From: Giesbergeria sp.
GTDB lineage: Bacteria > Pseudomonadota > Gammaproteobacteria > Burkholderiales > Burkholderiaceae_C
Length of the DNA: 33,800 nt
Direction: 5' to 3'
Assembly: GCA_034674825.1 (NCBI GenBank)
Contig: JAUCDU010000001.1
Span: forward strand, 1-33,800
The notes under the pieces are model-generated. The model saw only the letters and a list, made by a program, of their open reading frames with translations. It did no database searches and was not told where the DNA came from. Shown piece by piece: positions 17,565 to 27,297 of this stretch (within the stretch, counting starts at the first letter, position 1; each line of letters opens with the position of its first letter). The translations under genes were made by a program, and so were the position numbers.

Positions 17565-20500
17565 GTGCCGCTGAGCAACATCATGGGTCGCGCTGCCAGT
17601 GGCAGCAACGGCTCTCAGCAGCTTCTCGACCCCCGCCAAGGGGCACTTGAAGCGCCGATTCGCTCTGAAATTTTCGGGCTTGCCCGACTGGAGCAGCACG
17701 GGCGCAGCTTGGCGCAAGCCCACCGGGAAGCGGGTGGTACCACTGCTTCGGGGCGAGCTTTTTACCCGCGCCTTCAGCAAAACTTGCAGGTTTTGCAGCG
17801 CTCACATGCCTACATTGCCGAGCAGGAGCGGGCTGGTCGCCATGTGAGTGGCGCCGGCGAGTGGCTGCTGGACAATTTCCAGATGCTGATGGCCCAGACC
17901 GACGAGATCGGTCAGGCCTTGCCGAGACGCTATTTCGCCGATCTCCCGGTGCTCGGTGGTGAACACCTTGCGGGGATGCCGCGCATTTATGGTGTCGGCT
18001 GGGCATTTGTGGCGCACACCGACAGCGCCATGGACAACGACCTGCTGGTGCGTTTTTTGAACGCTTACCAGTCGGTGGAAGAGTTGACCTTTGGTGAGAT
18101 CTGGGCGCTTGCTTCCACTTTGCGGGTCTTGCTGGTGGAAAACCTGCGCCGACTGGCCGAGCGGGTAGCGACCGCGAAGGCCGCGCGGCACGCGGCAGAC
18201 GAGTGGTGTGATGCGCTGCTTGAATCGGCGGCAGTGGATGCAAGCGATCTGCAAAGGCGCTTTGACGCCATGGAGCTGCGCGGCGTCGGCCGTGTCTTTG
18301 CGCTCCAGGTGCACGAGAGGCTCAACGGCGAGGATCCGGGGCTTGCGCCTTCGCGACCTCAAGGTGCAGAGGCCGCGCTTGCGGAGTTGCGCGCCACGTT
18401 GAGTCATTTGTTGCCCGATCCCTCCGGTTCCCAGGTTTTGCAGCATGCCGAAAAAGCCGCCGACAACCTGAGCATGCGCAACGCGATTTTGGCCCTGCGC
18501 ACGCTGGAAGACGCCGACTGGCGCGAGGTGGTGAACCACACCAGTGTGCTGGTGCGTGCCCTGCAGGCCTCCCCCACGTTTTGTGCCGAGCGCGAAGACA
18601 CGCAGGACGCCAGCCTGTTTGCCATCCAGCGGCTGGCCCGGCGCAGCAAACGCAGCGAAACCGCCATCGCGAGCCACTTGCTCGCCTTGATGGGCACTGA
18701 CAGCGCCGATGCTGGCCGCGCCGCGACGGCGACCGATAGTGCGCTGGTGAGCGCCGTTGCGCCGGAGCCGCAAGCCGCTTCGCGCGCGCCTGGTTACTGG
18801 CTGCGTGGGCCGGGCCGCAAGGCGCTGTACACGGCCTTGGGCCTGCGGGCGCAGCGCCGCTGGAAGAGCAGGCAGGTCGCGCGCAGCAGCATTTTGCCGG
18901 TCTATGTGCTGGTCCTGTTGGCCGGTAGTGTGGCCGCATCCATGTGGCTGCTGCTTGGAAACGATTTTTTGTGGGGGACCGACGCCAGTGTTGCCGCGCT
19001 GTGGGGCCTGGGCGTGTTGGCGCTGTTCCCGGCGGGGGAGGCCGTGCTTGCCGTGGTCCACCGCATGCTCAGCGAATCCCTGCCGCCGCGGCGCTTGGCG
19101 CGTTACGCTCTGCTGGCGGGCATCCCGCCCGAGCATCGTGTGCTGGTGGTGGTACCAGCGATGTTGTCTTCGTCCAAGGCCGTCAGCGAACTGGTACTGC
19201 AGCTGGAGCAGCACTACCTTGCCAACAGCGAAGCGTGTGCCCAATTTGCCCTGCTGACCGACTACCCGGATGCGGACGTTGCCACCCAACCGGGCGACGC
19301 CGCCCTGCTGGAGCAAGCGCGCACAGCGATTGAAGCCCTGGAGGCGCGCTACATGGGCGCGGCGCTCAGCGGCGCCAGCCGACGCTTCCTGTTGCTGCAC
19401 CGCGAGCGCACGTGGGCGCCCACCGAGCGCCGCTGGATTGGCTGGGAGCGCAAACGCGGCAAGCTCGAGCAGTTGGTGCGCTTGCTTGCTGTGGGAGGGG
19501 TTTCGCCGTTTCTGGACTTGGGGCCGTTGTCACAGCCGGCACCTGAGACGCCCTACGTGGTGACGCTCGACAGCGACACCGGACTGCCTCCCGGCACCCT
19601 GCGCGCCCTGGTGGGAGTGGCGGCGCACCCGCTCAACCAGCCGCAGGTGGACGCAAGTCGCCAGCGCGTCGTGTCGGGTTTCGGCATCCTGCAGCCTCGG
19701 CTCACCACGCCGCTGCCCGAGCCCGCCACGGCCACGCTGTTTCACTGGTTGTTCTCGGGCCGTTGCGGCATCGATCCGTACAGTGCAGCGACGTCCGAGG
19801 TGTACCAGGATCTATTTTCGGAAGGCAGCTTTGTCGGCAAAGGCTTGCTGAATGTGCAGGCGGTGCACGCGGTGCTGGGCGAACGCCTGCCCGAGGGGCA
19901 GGTGCTCAGCCACGATCTGCTGGAGGGCGCGCTCGCGCGCTGCGCAACGGTGAGCGACATCACGCTGATGGAAGACGCGCCGTTGCATGCCGATGTCGCC
20001 GCCGCGCGCATCCACCGCTGGACGCGCGGGGACTGGCAATTGCTGCCATTGCTGCTGCAGTGGCGCCGGTTCGACCTGCGTGGAATCGCGCGCTGGAAGC
20101 TGATCGACAACCTGCGCCGTTCGCTCGTGGCGCCTGCGTCGGTGGCCTTGCTGGTGCTGGCCTTGGCAGGCGCACCCTTGTCGCCGTGGTCGACGCTTGC
20201 GTGGGTGCTGCTGGCGTTTGGCGCGGGGCCTTTGATAGGCGCTCTGGCCGGCCTCGCGCCAGCCCGCGACAACGTGGCGCTTGGTTATTTCTATCTGCAG
20301 GCCCTGAAAGAAGTGTTGCGCGCGTTCGGCAGCGCGCTGTGGCAGCTCGCCACCCTGCTGCAGCAAGCGATGCTGCTGCTGCACGCGGCAGCGTGCGCAC
20401 TGTGGCGCACGTTCGTCAGCCGCCGAGGGTTGCTGCAGTGGACCACCGCAGCGAGCGCGCAAGCCACAGCCCAGACGCGATTGCCAGCGCTCGTGCTGGC

Positions 20501-23500
20501 GCACGCCCCGGTGACGCTGGTGGCGGCGCTGATCTGGCTGTTGCTGTGGCAACAGAACACGGCCTGGCCGTTGCTCAGCGCGCTGCTCTGCGCCGCGTGG
20601 GCGGCGACACCCGTGTGGGTCTGGTTGGCCAGTCGGCACTGGGGATTTCGGGCGCGTGCGCAAATGACGCCACAGGAGCGCGACTATCTGGAGGGCATCG
20701 CCCGGGACACGTGGCAATTTTTTGTCCGCCACGTAGGGGAGCAGACGCACCATCTGCCGCCTGACAACGTGCAAATCGTGCCAAGCACCATGGTGGCCGA
20801 ACGCACTTCGCCCACCAATATCGGGCTGTATCTGCTGGCCGTGGCCTGCGCGCGCGAATTTGGCTGGATCGATACGGCGCAGCTGCTGGCGCGCTGCGAG
20901 GCCACGCTGGCCACGCTCGACACACTCCCGCGGCACGAGGGACATTTTTACAACTGGTACGACACGCGCACGCTTGCAGTGCTGACGCCCGGCTATGTCT
21001 CTACCGTTGACAGCGGCAACTTGTGCGGCCATCTGTTGGCGCTCGCCGGCGCGTGCGATGCGCTGCTGCGCGGCGGAGGCGCTGACCCGCAGCCTCATGC
21101 GGACAGGCTGCGCGCTCTTGTCACGCGGTGCCGACACATGGCAGAAGAGGCGCAGTTTGGTTTTTTGTACCACCCGCGCAAGCGATTGCTGCACATTGGT
21201 TACCGCGTCGCCGACGCCGCGCTGGACAACAGCTTTTACGATCTGCTGGCTTCGGAGGCGCGTCTGGCCAGTTTGTGGGCCATCGCCAAGGGCGATGTGC
21301 CGGCGGAGCATTGGGGCGCACTGGGCCGGCCTTTCTACGGTGTCGGCAGGCGTGCGGCGCTGCGTTCGTGGTCGGGGTCCATGTTCGAGTACCTCATGCC
21401 CGCTCTGGTGCTGAGCGAGCCAGCGGGAAGCGCTCTGGACAGCGCAGCCCGGTCGGCCTTGTATGAGCAGAAGCGCTTTGCGCACATCCGCGACGTGCCC
21501 TGGGGCATTTCCGAATGCGCCTACGCGGCCGGCGACCACACCCTGGCCTATCAATATGCGCCGCAGGGCGTGCCGCGCCTGGCCCTGCGGCGAACGCCAG
21601 CGGACGATCTGGTGGTGGCGCCCTATGCCACCGGTCTGGCGGTCATGTTCGACACCGCTGGCGCAGCCGCCAATTTCCGCACCTTTGAAGCGCTGCAGGC
21701 GCGCGCGGACATGGGCTTTATCGAAGCACTCGATTTCAGCCCCGAAAGGCAGATCGGGGGCAGCGCGTTCCAGCGCGTGTCCACTTTCATGGCGCACCAC
21801 CAGGGCATGACGCTGGTGGCGCTGGCGAATGTGCTGCAAGACGGCGCCCCGCGCCGATGGACCATGGCGAACGCACGACTGCGCGCGGTCTCCGGTTTGT
21901 TGCAGGAGGCCGTCCCGCGCGAAATCCCACGGCTCGTCGAACCCCTCATGCAGCCGCACCGTGTCGCGCGCACGCATGCACAGGACACGGGCTCGCGCGA
22001 GCTCACTCCGGGTGCCAGCGCCATCGAGCCGACGCTGCTGCTTTCCAATGGCAAGTACAGCGTATCGCTGCGCGCCAACGGTGCTGGCTGGAGCCGTTAT
22101 GGCCGCGCGGACGTTTCCCGTTGGCGCGACGACGCCATGCGCGACGCCTACGGTCACTTTGTCTATTTGCGTCGGGTAGCCGGGGCGCCGGCGGATCTGC
22201 CGCTGGTTTCCATCACGCAGCACCCGGCGGCCGATCCGCAGGCCGCCTACCGGGCCAGCCTGCAGGGCGACCATGCGTGCCTGCATGCGCAATGGCCCGA
22301 CCTGCGCAGTTGCTGCACGGTCTGGGTGAGCCCGGAAGACAACGTGGAGTTGCGGCGGGTCGAACTATGGAACTTGACGTCGGAGCCAATCGAGCTCGAC
22401 CTGTTTTCGGCGTTCGAAGTGTCGCTGCTCGAAGCACGCGCCGATGAAGCGCATCCGGCGTTTGCGAACCTGTTTGTCCAGGCCGAATGGATCGGCTCCG
22501 ATCAGGCTTTGTACTTTGCGCGGCGTCCCAATACCAATGCCCAGCAGGGCGTGCATGCAGCACACTTTGTGGCTGAAAGCGGGCGCTCGTCTGTCGCGCT
22601 CAAGGTGCAGACCGATCGTGCGGCCTGGCTCGGCCGCAACCGTGATGCCTCGGCTCCGCTGGGACAATGCGAGGAACCGCCGGCCAGCGATGCGAGCTTG
22701 CCGACCGGGCTGGATCCTGTGGCGGTCCTGTCGCTGCGCATCACTGTGCCGGCGCAGTCGCACGCGCAGTTCACGATGGGAACGGCTACGGCCGACGACC
22801 GCGAGACGCTCAAAACCCTGGTGGATCGCTACCGCCAGCCTGCGGTGATTGACCGGTCCATCCTGATGTCGTCCACTCTTGCCGGTGTGCGCATGCGCGA
22901 GATGGGCATCCTGCGCGAAGACCGCGCCGCCATTCAAACACTCTCCACCGTGATCGCGATGCTGCATGCGCGGCCCGGCCCGCGAGCCTTGCCCGGGGGC
23001 GAGCAGTATCTGGGCGACCGACGCACGCTGTGGCGCTTTGGCATTTCGGGCGACCGTCCGATGCTGTTGGTCGAAATTGGCGCCGAGCATGGCGTTCGAC
23101 TGGTGCGCTCCTTGGTCAAGGCCTTGCATTTGTGGTCCTGGGGTGGTGTGCCGTGCGACCTGGTCGTGGTGAACGCCGAGCCGCCGTCGTACCAGATGCC
23201 GCTGCAGCGCGCGCTGCAGGAGTTGAAGGACGCTTACCTCGCGCAGAGCACAGGGGTCGATGCCGCGCGTTCCTGTGGTTTGCATCTGCTGCGTCTGCCA
23301 GAGCTGTCGGGGCAAGAGCACACCACGCTGCGCATGCTCGCGCGCGTGCGCTTCTCAGCCGACGGGCGGCCGCTGTCGCAGCACCTGCGCGAACTGGGAC
23401 AGTGGCACAACGCCGCGCTGGACGCGCGCATCGAACAATCCCATGCAAGCCCGAATCCCCGGCGCGCTGGCGCGCCCGAGCAAGCGCCAGAAGGCGCATT

Positions 23501-25940
23501 CGATGCGCGCAGCGGCACGTTTCGGTTTGACATCACGGCGCAACAACAGGTCTCACGCCCCTGGATCAATGTGCTGGCCAACCCGGACTTCGGTACCCAA
23601 GTGTCCGAGGCGGGCGCTGGCTACAGCTGGGCTGGCAACAGCCAGCAGCACAAGCTCACGGTCTGGTCCAACGACCCGGTGTCCGACCCGGGGGGCGAAT
23701 TGTTCTGGCTGCAGGACCTGCGCAGCAAAGCCGTGTTCGGGGTTGGCAAAGGATTCGAGGGCGTGCGCCAGGTTGAGCATGCTCAGGGCCTGACGGTGCT
23801 TGAGCAGCGCCATGGTGCACTGACCATTCGCAGCACCTGGTGCGTGGACCCGCTGCGTCCCGTCAAGCAGGTGCGCCTCACCCTCACCAACCAGGGGCAC
23901 GAGCCGCTGCGCCTGCGCGCCGTCGGCCTGCTCGAATGGGTGATGGGCAGCCAGCGCCTGGACCGCCAAAGCGTGGCCACCGCCTGCGATGGGAACCAGG
24001 AGACGGACGCCTCCAGTGCCTCGGTGCCGGTGTTGCTCGCCATCCAGCGCGATGCGCAGTCGGGCTATGGCGGTAGCACGGCGTTCTTTGCAGTCGCCGC
24101 GGCACGCGATGGCGTGCACCCGAGCCTCGACTGGACCTGCGATCGACGGGAGCTTTTCGATGCGCGCGGCCACTGTGTGTTGCCCGACCACCTGGCCGAA
24201 CAGGCGGGCCTGGGGCTTGACCCGTGCGCAGCGCTGTCGTGCCCCCTGGAAGTGGCGCCGGGAGAGAGCCGGGACTGCGTCTTCCTGCTTGGCCACGGTG
24301 CCAGCAAGGACGAAGCGCTGGCGCTCGCACGGGCCTGCCTGGAAGAAAGCGCGGCGCAAGAGCAAGAAGCCAAAAACCGGGAAGCTGCAGCGCAAGACCT
24401 CTGGGCGCAGCTGCTCACACAGGTGCAGATCCAAACGCCCGACCCCTTGTTCGATGCGCTGGTCAACCACTGGCTGCTCTACCAATCGGTGGGTTGCCGT
24501 ATGTGGGGGCGGGCAGGGTTCTATCAGGCCGGCGGTGCCTTTGGTTACCGCGACCAGTTGCAGGACGCCATGGCGCTGGCGGTCGTCGCACCGCAACTGT
24601 TGCGGCGCCAATTGTTGCTCTCCGCGTCGCGCCAGTTCAAGGAAGGCGATGTGCAGCATTGGTGGCACCCACCGACAGGCGCTGGTGTGCGCACGCATAT
24701 TTCAGACGACCTGTTGTGGTTGCCAGAAGCGGTGGCGCGCTATGTGCAGATCACGGGCGACGCGGCGGTGCTGGATGAAGTGGTCGCGTTCCTGGAAGGT
24801 CCCGAAATTGCAGAAGGCGCGCACGATGCGTACTTCGTGCCGACAGTGAGCGACGAACGCGCAAGCCTGTACGAGCATTGCACCCGGGCCATTGACCGCA
24901 GTCTGGCGGTGGGAGCGCACGGCTTGCCGCTGATGGGTACGGGCGACTGGAACGATGGCATGAACCAGGTGGGCGAGAAGGGCCAGGGCGAGTCGGTGTG
25001 GCTGGCCTGGTTTCTGTGCGCCGTCACCGACGCCTTTTTGCCGATCGCAGAAGCGCGCGGGGATGAGGTTCGGGCGGCAAGCTGGCGCAAGGCTGCCGAA
25101 GCGTGGCGCGCGGCATTGGCGGGGCCAGCCTGGGACGGTGCGTGGTTCAAGCGCGCCTTCTTCGACGACGGCACGCCGCTGGGCACCCACGATGCAGCAG
25201 AATGCCGCATCGATCTGATCGCGCAGGCCTGGAGCGTGCTGTCGGGTGCGGCGCCGCCCGAGCGCCAGCGCGCCGCCATGGCCGCTGTGGCCGACTTGCT
25301 GGTGGACGAGGACGCCGGCCTGAACCGCTTGCTCACGCCGCCGCTGCAGCACATGGAGCCGAGCGCCGGCTACATCCAAGCCTATCCGCCCGGCGTGCGC
25401 GAGAACGGCGGCCAGTATTCACACGCCGGCGTGTGGAAGCTGATGGCGCAGGCGCAATTGGGCGATGGCGACGGCGCCTACCGCACGTTCACCCAGTTGA
25501 GCCCGGCGCACCGCAACGCCAACCCGCAGCAAAAGGCGGCCTACGCGCTGGAGCCCTACGTGATGGCCGGCGACATCTACAGCGAACCGCCCTATGTGGG
25601 TCGGGGTGGCTGGAGCTGGTACACCGGTTCGGCGGCCTGGATGCACCGGGCGGCCATCGAGTCGATTCTGGGCCTTGAAGTGCGCGCGGACCGTGTCTGC
25701 CTTCGGCCTTGTCTGCCGAGCCACTGGCCGCAAGCGGGTTTGACGCTCGTGCGCGGCGGCGCCAGGCACCGGTTCACCGTGTGTTTTGACGATGCAGCGG
25801 ACGCGCGCTCCGCGGCTGAAGCCTCGGGCGCCGAGACGCTGGCGGTGGGCGCGTGGACCGCACTGCCCAAAGGTGGCGCAGGCGGTAACTACCTGGTGGT
25901 GGTGCCCCGTGTTGCGTCGGAGCCCGCGATCAAAGTCTGA
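17565..25940 (+). CDS. Cyclic beta-1,2-glucan synthase (Cgs/NdvB/ChvB-like: GT84, central transglycosylase-like domain, GH94 phosphorylase)
   Basis: 2791 aa with EWLLDN, GWERKRGKL, TLDSDT, SHDLLEG, RWTRGDWQ, LPPDN, RTSPTNIG, SWSGSMFEYLMP, WGISE, FYQAGGAFGYRDQLQD, GDWNDG and ENGGQYSH. Confidence 0.92.
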   Translation: MPLSNIMGRAASGSNGSQQLLDPRQGALEAPIRSEIFGLARLEQHGRSLAQAHREAGGTTASGRAFYPRLQQNLQVLQRSHAYIAEQERAGRHVSGAGEWLLDNFQMLMAQTDEIGQALPRRYFADLPVLGGEHLAGMPRIYGVGWAFVAHTDSAMDNDLLVRFLNAYQSVEELTFGEIWALASTLRVLLVENLRRLAERVATAKAARHAADEWCDALLESAAVDASDLQRRFDAMELRGVGRVFALQVHERLNGEDPGLAPSRPQGAEAALAELRATLSHLLPDPSGSQVLQHAEKAADNLSMRNAILALRTLEDADWREVVNHTSVLVRALQASPTFCAEREDTQDASLFAIQRLARRSKRSETAIASHLLALMGTDSADAGRAATATDSALVSAVAPEPQAASRAPGYWLRGPGRKALYTALGLRAQRRWKSRQVARSSILPVYVLVLLAGSVAASMWLLLGNDFLWGTDASVAALWGLGVLALFPAGEAVLAVVHRMLSESLPPRRLARYALLAGIPPEHRVLVVVPAMLSSSKAVSELVLQLEQHYLANSEACAQFALLTDYPDADVATQPGDAALLEQARTAIEALEARYMGAALSGASRRFLLLHRERTWAPTERRWIGWERKRGKLEQLVRLLAVGGVSPFLDLGPLSQPAPETPYVVTLDSDTGLPPGTLRALVGVAAHPLNQPQVDASRQRVVSGFGILQPRLTTPLPEPATATLFHWLFSGRCGIDPYSAATSEVYQDLFSEGSFVGKGLLNVQAVHAVLGERLPEGQVLSHDLLEGALARCATVSDITLMEDAPLHADVAAARIHRWTRGDWQLLPLLLQWRRFDLRGIARWKLIDNLRRSLVAPASVALLVLALAGAPLSPWSTLAWVLLAFGAGPLIGALAGLAPARDNVALGYFYLQALKEVLRAFGSALWQLATLLQQAMLLLHAAACALWRTFVSRRGLLQWTTAASAQATAQTRLPALVLAHAPVTLVAALIWLLLWQQNTAWPLLSALLCAAWAATPVWVWLASRHWGFRARAQMTPQERDYLEGIARDTWQFFVRHVGEQTHHLPPDNVQIVPSTMVAERTSPTNIGLYLLAVACAREFGWIDTAQLLARCEATLATLDTLPRHEGHFYNWYDTRTLAVLTPGYVSTVDSGNLCGHLLALAGACDALLRGGGADPQPHADRLRALVTRCRHMAEEAQFGFLYHPRKRLLHIGYRVADAALDNSFYDLLASEARLASLWAIAKGDVPAEHWGALGRPFYGVGRRAALRSWSGSMFEYLMPALVLSEPAGSALDSAARSALYEQKRFAHIRDVPWGISECAYAAGDHTLAYQYAPQGVPRLALRRTPADDLVVAPYATGLAVMFDTAGAAANFRTFEALQARADMGFIEALDFSPERQIGGSAFQRVSTFMAHHQGMTLVALANVLQDGAPRRWTMANARLRAVSGLLQEAVPREIPRLVEPLMQPHRVARTHAQDTGSRELTPGASAIEPTLLLSNGKYSVSLRANGAGWSRYGRADVSRWRDDAMRDAYGHFVYLRRVAGAPADLPLVSITQHPAADPQAAYRASLQGDHACLHAQWPDLRSCCTVWVSPEDNVELRRVELWNLTSEPIELDLFSAFEVSLLEARADEAHPAFANLFVQAEWIGSDQALYFARRPNTNAQQGVHAAHFVAESGRSSVALKVQTDRAAWLGRNRDASAPLGQCEEPPASDASLPTGLDPVAVLSLRITVPAQSHAQFTMGTATADDRETLKTLVDRYRQPAVIDRSILMSSTLAGVRMREMGILREDRAAIQTLSTVIAMLHARPGPRALPGGEQYLGDRRTLWRFGISGDRPMLLVEIGAEHGVRLVRSLVKALHLWSWGGVPCDLVVVNAEPPSYQMPLQRALQELKDAYLAQSTGVDAARSCGLHLLRLPELSGQEHTTLRMLARVRFSADGRPLSQHLRELGQWHNAALDARIEQSHASPNPRRAGAPEQAPEGAFDARSGTFRFDITAQQQVSRPWINVLANPDFGTQVSEAGAGYSWAGNSQQHKLTVWSNDPVSDPGGELFWLQDLRSKAVFGVGKGFEGVRQVEHAQGLTVLEQRHGALTIRSTWCVDPLRPVKQVRLTLTNQGHEPLRLRAVGLLEWVMGSQRLDRQSVATACDGNQETDASSASVPVLLAIQRDAQSGYGGSTAFFAVAAARDGVHPSLDWTCDRRELFDARGHCVLPDHLAEQAGLGLDPCAALSCPLEVAPGESRDCVFLLGHGASKDEALALARACLEESAAQEQEAKNREAAAQDLWAQLLTQVQIQTPDPLFDALVNHWLLYQSVGCRMWGRAGFYQAGGAFGYRDQLQDAMALAVVAPQLLRRQLLLSASRQFKEGDVQHWWHPPTGAGVRTHISDDLLWLPEAVARYVQITGDAAVLDEVVAFLEGPEIAEGAHDAYFVPTVSDERASLYEHCTRAIDRSLAVGAHGLPLMGTGDWNDGMNQVGEKGQGESVWLAWFLCAVTDAFLPIAEARGDEVRAASWRKAAEAWRAALAGPAWDGAWFKRAFFDDGTPLGTHDAAECRIDLIAQAWSVLSGAAPPERQRAAMAAVADLLVDEDAGLNRLLTPPLQHMEPSAGYIQAYPPGVRENGGQYSHAGVWKLMAQAQLGDGDGAYRTFTQLSPAHRNANPQQKAAYALEPYVMAGDIYSEPPYVGRGGWSWYTGSAAWMHRAAIESILGLEVRADRVCLRPCLPSHWPQAGLTLVRGGARHRFTVCFDDAADARSAAEASGAETLAVGAWTALPKGGAGGNYLVVVPRVASEPAIKV

Positions 25941-25983
25941 ACGCGCAGCGCCTGGCACTCTGCGCGGCAAGCATGCAAGTGGC

Positions 25984-26385
25984 TTACTGCTTGGCGGGGA
26001 TGACCGTCGTGGTCGTGGTGGTACTTTCGCGCAGCACGCCGCCCTGCAACGCCGATCCGGTCGTATTGCCTGGGTCGCGTACGCGGGCCAGGCAGGCTGC
26101 GTGCTCGTCGGCCTTGGTGAATACCTCGCAGCGCTCGACGGCGTTGGCCGCTCTTTCGTTGGCGCCGCTACTGGGCAGAGCGCCTTTGCGTGCGGCGTCG
26201 CGCGCTGCGCCCGCTTCTCGCAGGCAGACATCGCGCGCTTGATTGCTCTGGCCACTCAAACAGGCTTGACGGTCTTGCTGGTAGCGGGCTTCGGCGCTTG
26301 CCTCGGTCGCGGCGTGGCTGGCAGCGGCCGCGACGAGCAGGGCAGCACCGCAGGCGGCGCGCAGGGTGTTTGTTCGGAGGTTCAT
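25984..26385 (-). CDS. Hypothetical secreted protein with four Cys
   Basis: MNLRTNTLRAACGAALLVAAAASHA signal peptide, AAGGA RBS, and a helical mature part with 4 Cys. Confidence 0.7.
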   Translation of the reverse strand: MNLRTNTLRAACGAALLVAAAASHAATEASAEARYQQDRQACLSGQSNQARDVCLREAGAARDAARKGALPSSGANERAANAVERCEVFTKADEHAACLARVRDPGNTTGSALQGGVLRESTTTTTTVIPAKQ

Positions 26386-26559
26386 GGTCGGGATCCTTTC
26401 CAGTGGGTCGTTGAATCGCTGCCCGTGTTCACGGCAGCGCTTCTGGCAGGCTAGTGGCGTCTGGGGCGCCACGCTGTCGGACAGGGGCGGGAGTGGCAGC
26501 GGGCGCAGAGCGCCAGCCCGCCTAAACTCAGCCGCTTCCCTGCTGCAATTCGTACGCTT

Positions 26560-27270
26560 ATGGCCACCCTCACGCTTCCGGACAAGACGTTTGACGTCGA
26601 TGCCGCGATCTTTGACCTTGACGGCACGCTGGTCGATACCTTGGGCGACTTCGGCGCGGCGCTCAACCGCATGCTGGGCGAGCTGGATCTGCCGCTGGTC
26701 GGGCGCGAGCCGGTTGCCACCATGGTTGGCAAAGGCTCTGAGCATCTGTTGATCTCAGTGCTAAATCATGTGCTAGCGCAGGCTGGTAAAGCGCCATCAG
26801 CTATTGATTTGGAAGCGATCTACGCGCAAGCCTGGCCCAGCTACCAGCGCCACTACCGGGCTGTCAACGGCCAGCACGCCGAGGTCTACCCGGGGGTGCG
26901 TGAAGGCTTGCACGCCATCGCTGCGACCGGCATGCCGTTCGCCTGTGTCACCAACAAGCCCACCGCGTTTGCCACGACGCTGCTGGACTCTCTGGGGCTG
27001 CTGCGCCACTTCGACCCTGTGTTCGGCGGCGATGCCTTCGAGACCAAAAAGCCGGACCCTTTGCCGCTGCTGCGTGCCTGCGCGGCATTGGGCAGCGTCC
27101 CTGAGCGCACGCTGATGGTGGGCGATTCCGCCAACGACGCGCAAGCGGCGCGGGCAGCGGGCTGCCCGGTGGTGCTGGTGACCTATGGCTACAACCATGG
27201 CGAGCCGGCGCGCTCGGTCGACGCCGATGCCTGGGTGGATTCAATCGCTGACCTGGTGGTTCGCCGCTGA
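26560..27270 (+). CDS. gph: Phosphoglycolate phosphatase (HAD family)
   Basis: FDLDGTLVD, VTNKP, KKPDP, MVGDSAND and YGYNHG motifs; rpe-gph-trpE synteny. Confidence 0.92.
   Translation: MATLTLPDKTFDVDAAIFDLDGTLVDTLGDFGAALNRMLGELDLPLVGREPVATMVGKGSEHLLISVLNHVLAQAGKAPSAIDLEAIYAQAWPSYQRHYRAVNGQHAEVYPGVREGLHAIAATGMPFACVTNKPTAFATTLLDSLGLLRHFDPVFGGDAFETKKPDPLPLLRACAALGSVPERTLMVGDSANDAQAARAAGCPVVLVTYGYNHGEPARSVDADAWVDSIADLVVRR
26760..26816 (-). repeat. 57-bp intragenic motif, copy D (antisense within gph)
   Basis: Minus strand reads GCTTCCAAATCAATAGCTGATGGCGCTTTACCAGCCTGCGCTAGCACATGATTTAGC. Confidence 0.78.
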
Positions 27271-27288
27271 GGCGCGAAAACGCGCCTC
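27269..27288. terminator. Hairpin between convergent gph and MCP genes, possible terminator
   Basis: Perfect GAGGCGCG-AAAA-CGCGCCTC stem-loop; no directly adjacent U-tract. Confidence 0.45.
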
Positions 27289-27297
27289 GGCACGTTT

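Noticed and set aside
17802-25379. Long minus-strand ORFs (up to 826 aa) opposite cgs
   Set aside because: Shadow frames of the well-supported Cgs gene.
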